A DNA stretch of 64,000 nucleotides from Amoebophrya sp. A120. Taxonomy: Eukaryota > Protista > Dinoflagellata. Every line of letters begins with the position of its first letter. Position 1 is the stretch's first letter. The stretch spans positions 731,530-795,529 of the forward strand of contig CAJINV010000021.1 of assembly GCA_905178155.1 (NCBI GenBank). Reading direction: 5' to 3'. This document shows positions 49,601 through 59,500 of the stretch, one piece after another. The position numbers and the translations under genes were made by a program. The notes beneath the pieces are model-generated. The model saw only the letters and a program-made list of their open reading frames with translations. It ran no database searches and was not told the DNA's origin.

Positions 49601-52600
49601 GCGTTTGACACCTGAGCGGCGACCTTAGACGCGTACGAAGCAGAGAGCCCGGCTGATAGAAACGCCGTTTCTGCGGCTTCGAAGCCAAGCAGAAAGGTGC
49701 GGAAACTCGGGTGCTTCTCGCAGTGGCCCTGCAATAACGCGCGCATGCGGCCTACTTTGAGTGGGAAGTCCGCGGCGGAGAGCCGCAGCTCGAGGCGTGC
49801 GAGCGTACGGAGTAAATCGTGGTCGGCCTGGGTGTCGGATTGGATTAAAATTTCTTCATTGCCAATACCCTCCTGACAGACTTGCTCCGCGACCTTGAGG
49901 GCATAGGTAGTGGTTAATCCCAAGGCCACCGCAGCCGTTTCAGCCGTGTGCAGATCTAGGGAGAACATCGAGATCTTCCCGTTGTTGTCGGGCCCGCCCT
50001 TGTTCATCTTTCGCGCTCGGGTTGTACCAGCAGGCGTCAACGCTGTCTTATCGTCTGTCTCCGCTTCTGACGACGCGGCGATTGAGCTGACTGTTAGGGG
50101 ATTCTGATTATTTCTATTGTGCGAATAATGATCGTAGTTGTTAGTCTTAGTGCCCCCATTATTACCTCCGTAGTAGTACAAATCATCGTCGTCGTCGAGT
50201 TCGGCAGAAAAATGGAACACGAGCAGCAACACGGCAAACGCGAGAAATATCGCCCCGCCAACGCCCAACCCGATAAAAACGCCGGTTAACGCGGAGGCTT
50301 CGCCTTCGGAACCTGATGTTCCTTCCGTGCTGGGGTCGATCACCTGCTCACTGTTCGAGCTATCGGGGTCCAGGTAACAGCAGAAGTCCGTGCATAGTAC
50401 GGTAAGTAACGCGGTCGCTTGCGCCGGGGTCGCTTCTGCAAAATTGGTCGCCGTGTAGGGGCAAATACGTCCATCTACCCCCGGGTTCACTGTCCGGGGA
50501 ACCTGCCAGGTCTGCCCGTTGCTGGCCTCCACCAGTTTCGGCGGTGCCGACGCGCAGAGGTTTTCGCTGCACACCGCGTACGGTTCTTCTTTGCGGTTTT
50601 CCAAAAAGGCCTTCGCCTCGGGGTCGCAACAGCTCCCGTTACAGAAGCTCACCGTGGCATACGAGACCACGTTAGTGACATCGTCAACAGCGGTAGTGCA
50701 CGAATCGGATGACCGCTTTATTGGGGCGTCGAAATTCGGTTGCGCGACTTCTTGCGCTGTGGTACCACTAGTAGTGCCTTCGGCCGCAGAAGTTGATGTG
50801 CCTCCGACTGTCGCGGCCGTGGTGCTAAACAAAACCGCGTCTTCAGGAGTGACCGGGCAGGTCCACTTGATTCCGATATCTAACGCGGAGCAGATGGAAT
50901 CGCACCGCGAGTGGCAGCAGATCTCGCCGCAATCCTCTGTGACATCAAAACCGGTCGCCCCGCAGCTTTGACCGTCCATCTCCGGCTTGACAGAGCGCCA
51001 CAGCAGGATTTGATCGGCGCCAGGAGTCGCGCTAGTGTCCAACGTCAACGGGAAGACGAGACTACTGCAAAAGGCCTCGCTGCAGGTTATCATTGCTGTC
51101 GTGCCACCACCACCTGCAGATTGTTCTCCTTGCGCGGACGACGGGAGTGTTGTCGAAGATGTGTTTGTCGTGTCTGAAAACTCTATTGACTCTCCCCCTT
51201 CTCCGGCCCCGCCAGCAATAGCGGGACGAGCGGCCGTTGTTGCAGCTATCAACGTAGTTGCACTCAAGCAACATTGGTCTGCGCAGTAGGACACACTGTC
51301 CTGCGCTATCCGCGCTTCCGTCCACGCTGATGGTAACGACTCAGTGCGGCACTGCCGCGAGTCCGCGTTCTCGGGGTCGTAGCCCTCTTCCGTCCCCACG
51401 AGCGGCCTAACCTCTTCGCAAAACGATTTCTCGCATTCAAACTCGCAACACCAATCTGCGCACTGGCGCGCAAACGCTTTCTTCTCCTCTTGCGTAGAAA
51501 CGCTGCCGGGGGCTGCGAACGCACACTGCGACCCGTCTCGGTCCGCGCGCACGCTGCGGAGGAACTTGCTTCCACTGTCGGTTTCGAGCTCCTTTTTTTC
51601 ACAAAAACTCGCACTGCAGGTCTTCGTGTAGAGGTGAAAGGGGCAGTTCATGAACTCCATCTCCCGAACGGCGGCACAGGAATGCTCGGTGAAGCGCTGC
51701 TCGCCGTGTCTATGGTCGCAGTGCTTGCCCAGCCTGCGTTTTGGGTCGGTAACCTTGAAGACTTCGATGGTGAATACGGATTCCTGACTGGAGGAAGAGT
51801 CACAGCTGCACCCGTGCGGCTCGTTTTTGTTGTGGCCGGGGTAGTCCACCCAGGCTCCGAGACAGTCCCTGTCCTCGAGCCCGCACGTTCGCAAACCACC
51901 TTTCAGTGCCTCATAGTAACCGTGGGTGTTAAAGTAGCAGTCTTCCGGAGATTCCACGCAGCAATGGTCCAAACCGCCACAGCCTTTGTCAGCTCCACAC
52001 ATCACGGGCGTCAGCATAGGACACAATCTTCTGCTGGACTGGTACGTGTTGTAGCAACAGTGCTCTTCGTGCTGGTTCCAAATAGATCCAGTTTTGGTTG
52101 CAATGCACCTTTGCCACGGGTCGTCCGCGAAGCCAGTCTGTCTATTGCATACGTATTCCTTCGCGGTCTCCGAGATCCAGTTTCCGGTTTCAAACGCCCA
52201 GGGACACTCGACTTTTCTAGCCTCGCAGGCCTTATCGCTAGGACAAATGCGCAAAACGTGATGGTTGCCGGCGCACGACATGTCCAACGCTTCTTCATTC
52301 GCATTCCCTGTGGCGGCCCGTGCCCACACCAACTCGTGCGCGACGCAATCGTCCTCGGCGCGCTCGATCGACAATGTGTGCTTCGCTCCGCTCGTGGTAC
52401 AGCCTTGCGCAGATCCTTCTTCTAGGAACCCCGCCTGTGATTCGTTCGACTCGTTTACGACGTAGCTGCCAACGGTGAGAGGCCATTGGACCTGCGTGCC
52501 GTCTGCGTTGTAACTCAACATAGAGTCCAGCGACGGTGTCCCACGCTGGGTGATGAGATAAGTGCTGGCGGCAGTCGCTGGTGGCAGCTCCAGCGCCGCG

Positions 52601-53964
52601 CCCGACGCGCTGATTTTTTCGACCTCTATGTAAACCCTCTGCCACTGGTTGCCCTGAGCGTCTAGCGGCCACTCGCGCCGTACGTAGGGGGCGTACACCT
52701 CATCGAGGGGCGAATTGTGGAATACACCGGAAACGAGAGGCGTGACCGGCATGCAGGCGAGTAGCTCCATCGTTTCGGCCCGACTTGGGGAGGTAGGTGC
52801 TTCTGACATCGCCGCTAGTGAGGATGAGGACACCAGGGCTGGTGCTTCTGAAGGGTGGGCTGGCGCTTCCGCTTCAGAGGACCCTTGCTTTTGGTCCAGC
52901 TCCAGGTCATTTCTCTCCTCGTCTATTCTAGGGGCGCCTTTATGCTGCAACGGAGGTGGTGGTAGCTCCTGGAGGGATGAACGGGACGCCCCTTCTACTG
53001 GTTCACCAGCGCCGTTGTCCGAGGGGCTGCAGCATGAATCCAAAAGATCAGGTAGTGCTGTTTGCTCTTGCTGTAGAGGAGCAGATGCTCCTGCGCCTAT
53101 AGCTCCAACGCCGTCGTCCAGCTTCGCCTGTAAGTGTAATGCACTACTTCTACTCGTGCTGGTCGTGGTTGCTCGCTGTCCGCTGCGGTTCTGCGCATGG
53201 TGTATTTCTAGTTTTGCCTCAGCCTCTGCCACCTCCAGGAACAGTGGTGTTGTTCCAGACGTATCGTTGTCTTGGGATGAAGCGCCGTCGTGGTCTTCAC
53301 CAACACCATGTTGGCGTGAATCTAGATCTACTGAATCAATATCAGGAGCATGAAGTGCTGCCTCCTCGTCTAGTGCAGGGTCTGGGTCAGGATGTCGCTT
53401 TATTTTCACCTGTCGCATTCTACCTGTATCGCCCTCGACGTGCGGATGTTCTTGATTAACCTCGTTTGTTTCAGCCAGAGATGTTGTTGCTGTTGCACCA
53501 CTAGTTGTACCTGCTGGTTCTTGTGCGCCACGAATATCCGCCAGCATCACTACAGCTGGAGGGGTTTTTCTCTGTCTATCTCCAGATCCTGCTCTCACCG
53601 CCGGCTCCTGCCCCACGTTCACCTCCACGGTTGGCCCCCACTGAGTAGGCGTTATTCTGGTCTCTTCACCTCCTGACGGCTCGGGTTTTGTTCGCGTTCC
53701 TGGTTCTACTTTACCGACGACGACCCTGGTCTTTCTTGCCGAGGTCGTGGTCTTCATGCGCCGGACCGTAATCGCCTCCACAAGCGGCCAGATCTGGCAC
53801 AAAAATAGTTTTTGGGCGAGGATAAGAAACACCAGGTGAGCGCTTGATGATGTACGGAAGGAGGAGCGCCTTCTGCCGGGTTGGAAGACCGACCGCATTT
53901 CTTGCCCGTTCATTCCCCGTGCAACACCAAATGACCACTTCGACATCACTCTTTCTGTCTGCAT
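46696..53964 (-). CDS. 2422-aa intronless Cys-rich type I membrane (surface/adhesin-like) protein
   Basis: Hydrophobic segment near the N-terminus; TSP1-like DCLGAW..C..GKHC..GEQR..C; five Cys modules ending in CC; single TM GVFIGLGVGGAIFLAFAVLLLVF; long tail. The true start may be a later Met. Confidence 0.85.
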   Translation of the reverse strand: MQTERVMSKWSFGVARGMNGQEMRSVFQPGRRRSSFRTSSSAHLVFLILAQKLFLCQIWPLVEAITVRRMKTTTSARKTRVVVGKVEPGTRTKPEPSGGEETRITPTQWGPTVEVNVGQEPAVRAGSGDRQRKTPPAVVMLADIRGAQEPAGTTSGATATTSLAETNEVNQEHPHVEGDTGRMRQVKIKRHPDPDPALDEEAALHAPDIDSVDLDSRQHGVGEDHDGASSQDNDTSGTTPLFLEVAEAEAKLEIHHAQNRSGQRATTTSTSRSSALHLQAKLDDGVGAIGAGASAPLQQEQTALPDLLDSCCSPSDNGAGEPVEGASRSSLQELPPPPLQHKGAPRIDEERNDLELDQKQGSSEAEAPAHPSEAPALVSSSSLAAMSEAPTSPSRAETMELLACMPVTPLVSGVFHNSPLDEVYAPYVRREWPLDAQGNQWQRVYIEVEKISASGAALELPPATAASTYLITQRGTPSLDSMLSYNADGTQVQWPLTVGSYVVNESNESQAGFLEEGSAQGCTTSGAKHTLSIERAEDDCVAHELVWARAATGNANEEALDMSCAGNHHVLRICPSDKACEARKVECPWAFETGNWISETAKEYVCNRQTGFADDPWQRCIATKTGSIWNQHEEHCCYNTYQSSRRLCPMLTPVMCGADKGCGGLDHCCVESPEDCYFNTHGYYEALKGGLRTCGLEDRDCLGAWVDYPGHNKNEPHGCSCDSSSSQESVFTIEVFKVTDPKRRLGKHCDHRHGEQRFTEHSCAAVREMEFMNCPFHLYTKTCSASFCEKKELETDSGSKFLRSVRADRDGSQCAFAAPGSVSTQEEKKAFARQCADWCCEFECEKSFCEEVRPLVGTEEGYDPENADSRQCRTESLPSAWTEARIAQDSVSYCADQCCLSATTLIAATTAARPAIAGGAGEGGESIEFSDTTNTSSTTLPSSAQGEQSAGGGGTTAMITCSEAFCSSLVFPLTLDTSATPGADQILLWRSVKPEMDGQSCGATGFDVTEDCGEICCHSRCDSICSALDIGIKWTCPVTPEDAVLFSTTAATVGGTSTSAAEGTTSGTTAQEVAQPNFDAPIKRSSDSCTTAVDDVTNVVSYATVSFCNGSCCDPEAKAFLENRKEEPYAVCSENLCASAPPKLVEASNGQTWQVPRTVNPGVDGRICPYTATNFAEATPAQATALLTVLCTDFCCYLDPDSSNSEQVIDPSTEGTSGSEGEASALTGVFIGLGVGGAIFLAFAVLLLVFHFSAELDDDDDLYYYGGNNGGTKTNNYDHYSHNRNNQNPLTVSSIAASSEAETDDKTALTPAGTTRARKMNKGGPDNNGKISMFSLDLHTAETAAVALGLTTTYALKVAEQVCQEGIGNEEILIQSDTQADHDLLRTLARLELRLSAADFPLKVGRMRALLQGHCEKHPSFRTFLLGFEAAETAFLSAGLSASYASKVAAQVSNAEISDTADLEKPITESDQKAMSLLGFDFSVDNEPEHVGRLRIFMRNLVQKKYGKQDLLEQQLETAEKSIALAETEKALVTQGFSPPGAGKLAKKLLEKARLSKKSSTKKTSERGQGTGARAATSGAASTSKAAPAGDQLQASSPLQSPELDLTEQILIKDGFDEDSGKRLAKRIHHDAELLLGAAPKSPAEMIPEVQAAFVAGTVITWETLGISGDIAQALVRRLVLGQVDKTSTGGGATTRATQDGAKKNSSTTAAAAAALSTPFAGGAGGQQAVVPAGEQTPPAALLLRFDEGDIETLGLSEPDVLLLRRMQAEAGPADDVWGRFMVTKKRGTADRIYYDPTRGPSADGGRGSRISIDLSPLSKVPELFGEVERASVLEAFLPHMPPKRQKDVRIQLGTIAEEDGEEAGTVDGAPGTTTKGAQGEQIASSSSSSTCCPCCCGPPSDATQTYQASWLPGTLVGLPNKGAPALSMEGSARGINRTGNKTMQPGANRSSRGVDPPPGGAVGGAQQQVENAEVDQVNKLKLEQAEALMKKTEEGVVQVVEVPAPAGAATQDRSIEQQEQQQVVHIHASAAEKMMTSGGRSRDTEQTLFSVHSEIESKDFSPAVNQTLHLERRFASDTNAGDGEVTSYNSASKKHLPPILPAVALATLKPKPHPLLPENKTGSAPKVVPLTDLGANNMLLNPLGHHPDAKTKPKKKVKKKQDPPVPGVVPAVPAPAPAPGQGEETPEGPSDKEKSDKENKQITDSARKKTSKQSTPPVPAVPGPRPPSPSNTTRTTDSDTEDDKNKIMGSEEDYENMGPGHKDRKKKKEKKEKKEKKDKIIIETPPQMITEAENALVDTGFEKQRARKLAEKLGSLEIPGSEKLSDKDRAIAAKGLDGERTPTLADLMEQLAVQKAHFFKVSMNAGQNDFYEKVDPKTHQMSVLLARLLKGQRQFLAKKKEKGKKDKDKGHHNIREDAEEL

Positions 53965-54821
53965 TGAAACAACGCAATGCTAATAGAAGATGTCAAGACC
54001 TACTTCCTTGCTCCTATCAATTTCCAGCTTCATCTTCACACTTTTGCTTCATGTTGTTCTTTTCGCAATGATCGTATGGAGCACAACATGGACGCCACAG
54101 GCGCCATAGTACCGTAGGTGTACGTGGTTCGATTTCTATCGGCAGGTTGTGGCACGTGTAGTTAGGGTTAGGAGAATAAGAAGGAGAAGAAAAGTATTTA
54201 GCTACTTCGTGAATCTAGTCTATGGGGGTTCGGCGGGTGGCCGATAGAAAGCACTATTGTAACACTTCATTTCGCAGGGCAATTCATGGGTGCTAGGGGG
54301 GTCATATTATGGGAAATAACTGTAAAACAGAAAGAAGTGAGTAGTTGTGCTAGGGTTCAAAGAGACGGCGCACAGCGTCACTGAGAATACTCACAGCACG
54401 ATGTTGAGATCGACTTAGGACGAAAATGTTTGGACGAGGACGATGAAACACGACGAAACGACCAACAGCACGAAACAACTACGACGACGCAAGAAGTACG
54501 AAACAGATGTTCTTAGTAGGACGATAATCAAAAAACGAACGAACGACAACGTATGGCAAGCATTCGATTTTGAATTTTACTTTTGCTTTTCTTGCACGAA
54601 CAGGCTTCGATCGAGCCGCAGCACCGAACACCAACACTTTAGCTACAAATACGAAACAAAGTTGTTGTAGCAGCCAGGCAAGCCTGATTTATTGAAAGAC
54701 AGTGCTGAAAAATGAGCACCTGTGGAAACGTTCGACCACGACCAACAAGGCCTCCCTGAAGATGGTCATTCTTTTGTCCTGTTATAGCAATGCTGCATGG
54801 AAGTCGTGTTGTTAGTGCCTC

Positions 54822-55499
54822 CTATCTTTTCAGGGTGGTGGAACGCCTATCGCTAATATCCTCGTCCCCGGACGAGATGAATTCCTCCATCACCGCCCGA
54901 TATTCCTCTACCGTAACCACATAGTTTCTCGGAAAATAGCCTTTCCTGGCCGGGCTTTGCAGCAAATTTCCCAGCAACCAATCGGACCCATCGTCGTACA
55001 AGACTTTTACAACCTGCCCCGGCACCAAAGGCAGCGGGCGCTGCCGCTCGAAAGGCCAGTTGGGTAGTGTGCTGGGATCGAAGCAATACACTGCGACGAA
55101 GGTTAAATGCTCGTCGCGAGGACCTGTTGAGGGCGTGGAACTAGAAGGAGACTCGTATTGTGCTACGTAATTATGCGCTTGGTTGCTTGAGAACTGGCGG
55201 CTTTCGGCTTTTGCCTGTGCTGGTCCTCGGACGCCGCTGAGACCGAAGTCGGCGACCTTCTCCCCCTTTATTTTAGTTTTTGTCATGATTGCGTCCAATG
55301 AGAATGACACCCTTGACACAGCAATGACACCACTTGTCGGATAAAATATCAGCCCAAAAGAAATCCCAATCGAGTCGAAAATTGTTACTGGAATGGAAGT
55401 ACAAGCCAGCGGCGATAGTGACAAGGAGACGACGTCTGCTTCATAGTTCATGTCGACAGAGATAGAAGGGTCGTGGGGTCCTGTTACTTGGTTGGTCAC
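54822..55499 (-). CDS. Short SH3-domain protein, paralogous to the N-terminus of the 33167-45244 gene; 5' structure uncertain
   Basis: VAVYCFDPSTLPNWPFERQRPLPLVPGQVVKVLYDDGSDWLLGNL..RKGYFPRNY aligns closely with VALYNFDPTKIDWPFKRQKPLPLVTGQTIKVMYDDGSDWLLGML..QKGYFPKNY. Confidence 0.75.
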   Translation of the reverse strand: MTNQVTGPHDPSISVDMNYEADVVSLSLSPLACTSIPVTIFDSIGISFGLIFYPTSGVIAVSRVSFSLDAIMTKTKIKGEKVADFGLSGVRGPAQAKAESRQFSSNQAHNYVAQYESPSSSTPSTGPRDEHLTFVAVYCFDPSTLPNWPFERQRPLPLVPGQVVKVLYDDGSDWLLGNLLQSPARKGYFPRNYVVTVEEYRAVMEEFISSGDEDISDRRSTTLKR

Positions 55500-56590
55500 G
55501 AAAAGGGTGGGATCGAGATCCTTCTAGTGGTAATTGTTAGTGCAACTGCTGATCTTCCCTGCTCACGAGCACAGCGCACACATCGGCTCTACGGTTGCAG
55601 GACGACCGATCTTTGGCAGGGTGTTACGACTGATGTCATCCGCTATGCTGCATCCTAGCAACAGAGTGTCGAGTCTTCTTGCGCTCGTGGCTCCTCGTTG
55701 AGGCTCGTCGTCATCAAACGGATCACGTTGTGCAATAGTAACAGAGTGATCCCAGGAAACAGAGACCGAAATTACCGAATGGCTTCATCAGTATGACCAG
55801 TGAATCATAGGTCCTGCTCTGGAAAGCGAATACTCGGACAGGAAACAAAGACGAGATCATTTTGACTTCTACTTGTCCCGAAAGCAGCGTGAAAGAATAC
55901 TGGACCAGAGAATCGTGCGGGACTTGTCTTTTTTTTTCTTTTTTTTGATGAAACAATACTTGGTGTACAGTTTGAGAATAACAATAAATTCTTTTCAGTT
56001 CCTGATCCTGTTCGTGATCCCCGCTTGTACTTTCTCCTCGTCGAGCCTTTGTTTCGTCGATTTCCCGCTGTTGTTCGTATGTCATCCCGTCACGTTGTCC
56101 ATGTATCGTGCATTTACTAGTATACCACCTGCTTCACGATTGTTGGTACATGTGCATTTTGATTTTGGCTGGGACGAGTAGACGAGAAAAAGGCGGGGAA
56201 ACAGATCTTCGCGGAGCAGCAGCTCCCGAGGAGTTTCTTTCGTCTGAGCCCTGAAAAAACTCGACCTACTGCTACTACCGAAACTTGTTGTGTATCAGCT
56301 ACATTAACATTCATTCGTAAATAAACTCACCAGTCAAGAAAAAGCTAGATTAAATCAGGAAAGAGTTGTTAGATTTTGGTTTCATTGAGATGCTACATTT
56401 TGAGAAGTTTAAGTTCTTCATTTTCTTGCGCTAATCGATATACTGTGTGCTGCTCTCATCTTCATCAACACTACAGCATTTATCGATTGTGGCACTTCTA
56501 AAGACAGTCATTCTGAAAACCACTAAGAGACCATACAGTTTGAACATTTACTACTACTTTCAAAATTTTCGTTTCCGCCACGATTCATTT

Positions 56591-59500
56591 TCACCCCGCT
56601 CCGGGCCCTAAGCCTGCGCCGAAGGCGGCTAATTTTCTGCCCTCCTTTATCCTGAGTAAAAACGTACCCACGCCAGAGTTGTAATGCAGATTTGCAAAGA
56701 CAGGAAGACTTGTAATGCGCATCCGCATGAGAGCCATTCCCAGTCGTATTTTGGAATTTGTGATGCTGTGAACAGGATGAGCAGACGAATCTGTGATGCG
56801 GCTGCACTTGCTAACCCGCACTACACTGCAGAGTGCAACTTGTCATGCGTGACTCACAAAACTCCTAGCTTTGTGTTGCAAAATCCCCATCCTGACTCTG
56901 GTGTGGGTACGTTTTTACTCAGGATATCCTTACTGACCGCCATCTGCCGCACCACTTCCTTCATTTCCGGCGTCCATTCGATCTCCCTCTCGACCTCCGC
57001 GTCCTATGCAATGCAAAAGCATCGTACTAGTATAAATCGCATGACAAATTCCCTCAGCATGAAAAATCGAATTTGTAATGCGGATTTCGGTTAAGATGGA
57101 GATTTGTAATGCATGACTGCGATTACTACGAGTGCGATACTTTTGCACAGGATACGTCCTTTTCGATTGCGATGTCGATGAACCGTTCGTGCGGCCTCCG
57201 CATAGACTCGCCGGAGGAGAAGTTGTAGTAGTACTTGACGCCTCGCAAGTCGTAGAACGCGTGCCACTCCTCGCCGAGCGTGGTCTGTATGGGTGCGCGC
57301 TTGGAAAACCCCTCCTGCGCCTCGTACGCCGGATTCACTTCTCCCAAGGCCCACACACGGGTGACCCCGCCCGACGGCGCGTTCAGATTCGGTGCAGCAG
57401 CGCCTGCTCCCGGTGCGGCGGCCCCGCCCGCGGCTCCTCCTGCCGCGGCGCCACCCGCTTCCGGCGCACCCGCACCGGCGTTCTGAGGTGGCGCGGGTGC
57501 CGGTTTCCTCTTCGCCGTGTAGTCGATTCGCAGTGGCTTCAGGTCCAGAAACTTCGGCAGGGTCTTCACGTGCTTGCGGGCGTAGCACTCGTGGCAGTAG
57601 TTGCCGAAGGTGTAGGTGCACTGCAGTTTGGCCGGGAACGCGCGGCAGAGACAGCAGGGAATCAAGTGGTTTGGCTCGTGCTTGTGCCGGTTACCCTTGC
57701 TGTGCAGCCGCTCGAAGCAGTTCTCGCAGAAGCAGTCTTCGCAGTCCGGGCAGTAGCAGGTCGCAATCACCTGGCACTCGATGCAGTACAGCTGTGCGTG
57801 CGCGCTCGGATTGACCAACTCCCCCGGATCGTCCTCCAGGTCCATGTTCTTCGCAATATTGGCCTTCGCGCGCTCGTTCTCCACGATTTCCAGACACCAC
57901 TTGACCTCCTGCGCGTCGATCTCCTCTTCCAGCCGGTACTGCTGCGAAAACGCCTTCAAAAAAGTCTTCAGCGTTCGGACCATGAAGGGTTCCTTCGGCA
58001 GGTCGATTTTCAGCATCTCCGCCATCTGCTGCACGTAAAGCGGGGAAATCAACGGCTGTTGCAGCGACACGTCGTGCTGACTCTCCGCCTCGTAGGTCCA
58101 CTATCCAAGAAAAAAACGTTGTTAGTGTAAATTTGTGATGCGGAACATGCAAGATGATTGCGTCTGTCATGCTTGGCATGCATTGTAGGGCCCACTAAAG
58201 GGCGTTTTCACGTACTATCTGCGCATGACAGGTTTTTGCTGTCATGCCAGACAGATTTGTAATGCTGTTCCTCCAAAAAAGTTACACCTACAATGTTTTT
58301 TTCTTGGATATCCACAGCATGCGGTTCAACCGCAGTTTGATATGCTCCTCCTGACTCGCCCTTCGGCAGTGGTCGAGCAGCTGCGCAAAGTAGTCGTAAA
58401 ACGGGTGCTTCCACGTGGTTTCCTGGGACTCGTTGTTCAGGTAACACACGATCGACCCGACACCCTTGTAACTTGTCCACGGGACCGGCAACTCTACTTC
58501 GGCGAAGGCCTCGATCACCCAGCTAAACTCGCGGTCCGCCTCCGGATCCGCATTCAAGTACGCAAACCACTCCTCAAGCACAGGCCTGAGCGATTGATTG
58601 TGATTGTGTGGTCTTGTAGTAGAAACTATCGTGCTCACTTCTTTCTCTTTCACGCAAATTTTTGAAAATGCAACACCATGATCTTGATCATGCATGCTTG
58701 CCCATGTATTGATGGCACGACGAAAAGGTGAGAGCACTTGTTTCATCGAAGTTTGAATTTGAAAGCAAAAGGGGAAATAATAAATAAAGGGTGAAGCAAA
58801 AAAATTTCTACCTTTGTCCCATGCACTTTAACATTGGCACGGTGGCTGCTTTTTCCAGGGCCTTCTGTGTGACCGGGTCTGCGATACCGAACAGGGACAG
58901 GGGATCCGCGTCGAGGTAATCCAGCGCCTCCTCGGACAATTCGCGATTGTCTTCCAGGGTCTGCTATGCATCCCAAATATGTCCGGGTCTGGAAAAATAT
59001 AACCTGTGTTGCGCGTCCGGGATCCCTGTAAAGCCTGTATTGCATGACCAACAAGAAAGCCGAAACCACTTTTGTCATGTTGGGAAACTAAGGGCAGGGC
59101 GTCCCTGTGTAAATAGCGTAAAACGGTAACTAACCGCCTACTCAGCAAACTCGAAACCACTTTTGTCATGCAAAAGCACAGTCTCTGTCTCTGATGCGCA
59201 CTACGCATGAAAAAGCGCCCTAGAAATTTGTCATGCTTGGCTGCACGACTCAGGAGTATGTATGCTCATCACAAGTTCTTTCCAGACCCAGGAGACATAT
59301 TTGCAATGCATATCTGCAAGGCCTCAATCCACAAGGAGTCCACATCATCCGTCCAGTCGAGGAGAATGTTTTCTGGGTGGACGTACGCGACCCTGAGGTA
59401 TGTTATTTATCGCAAGAAAAAACTGTTTCACTGTGAACCTGTGATGCAGAGAACGAAGCGCCAAAGTGTTTGTCTTGCTACACCTGCAACGCAACGGATT

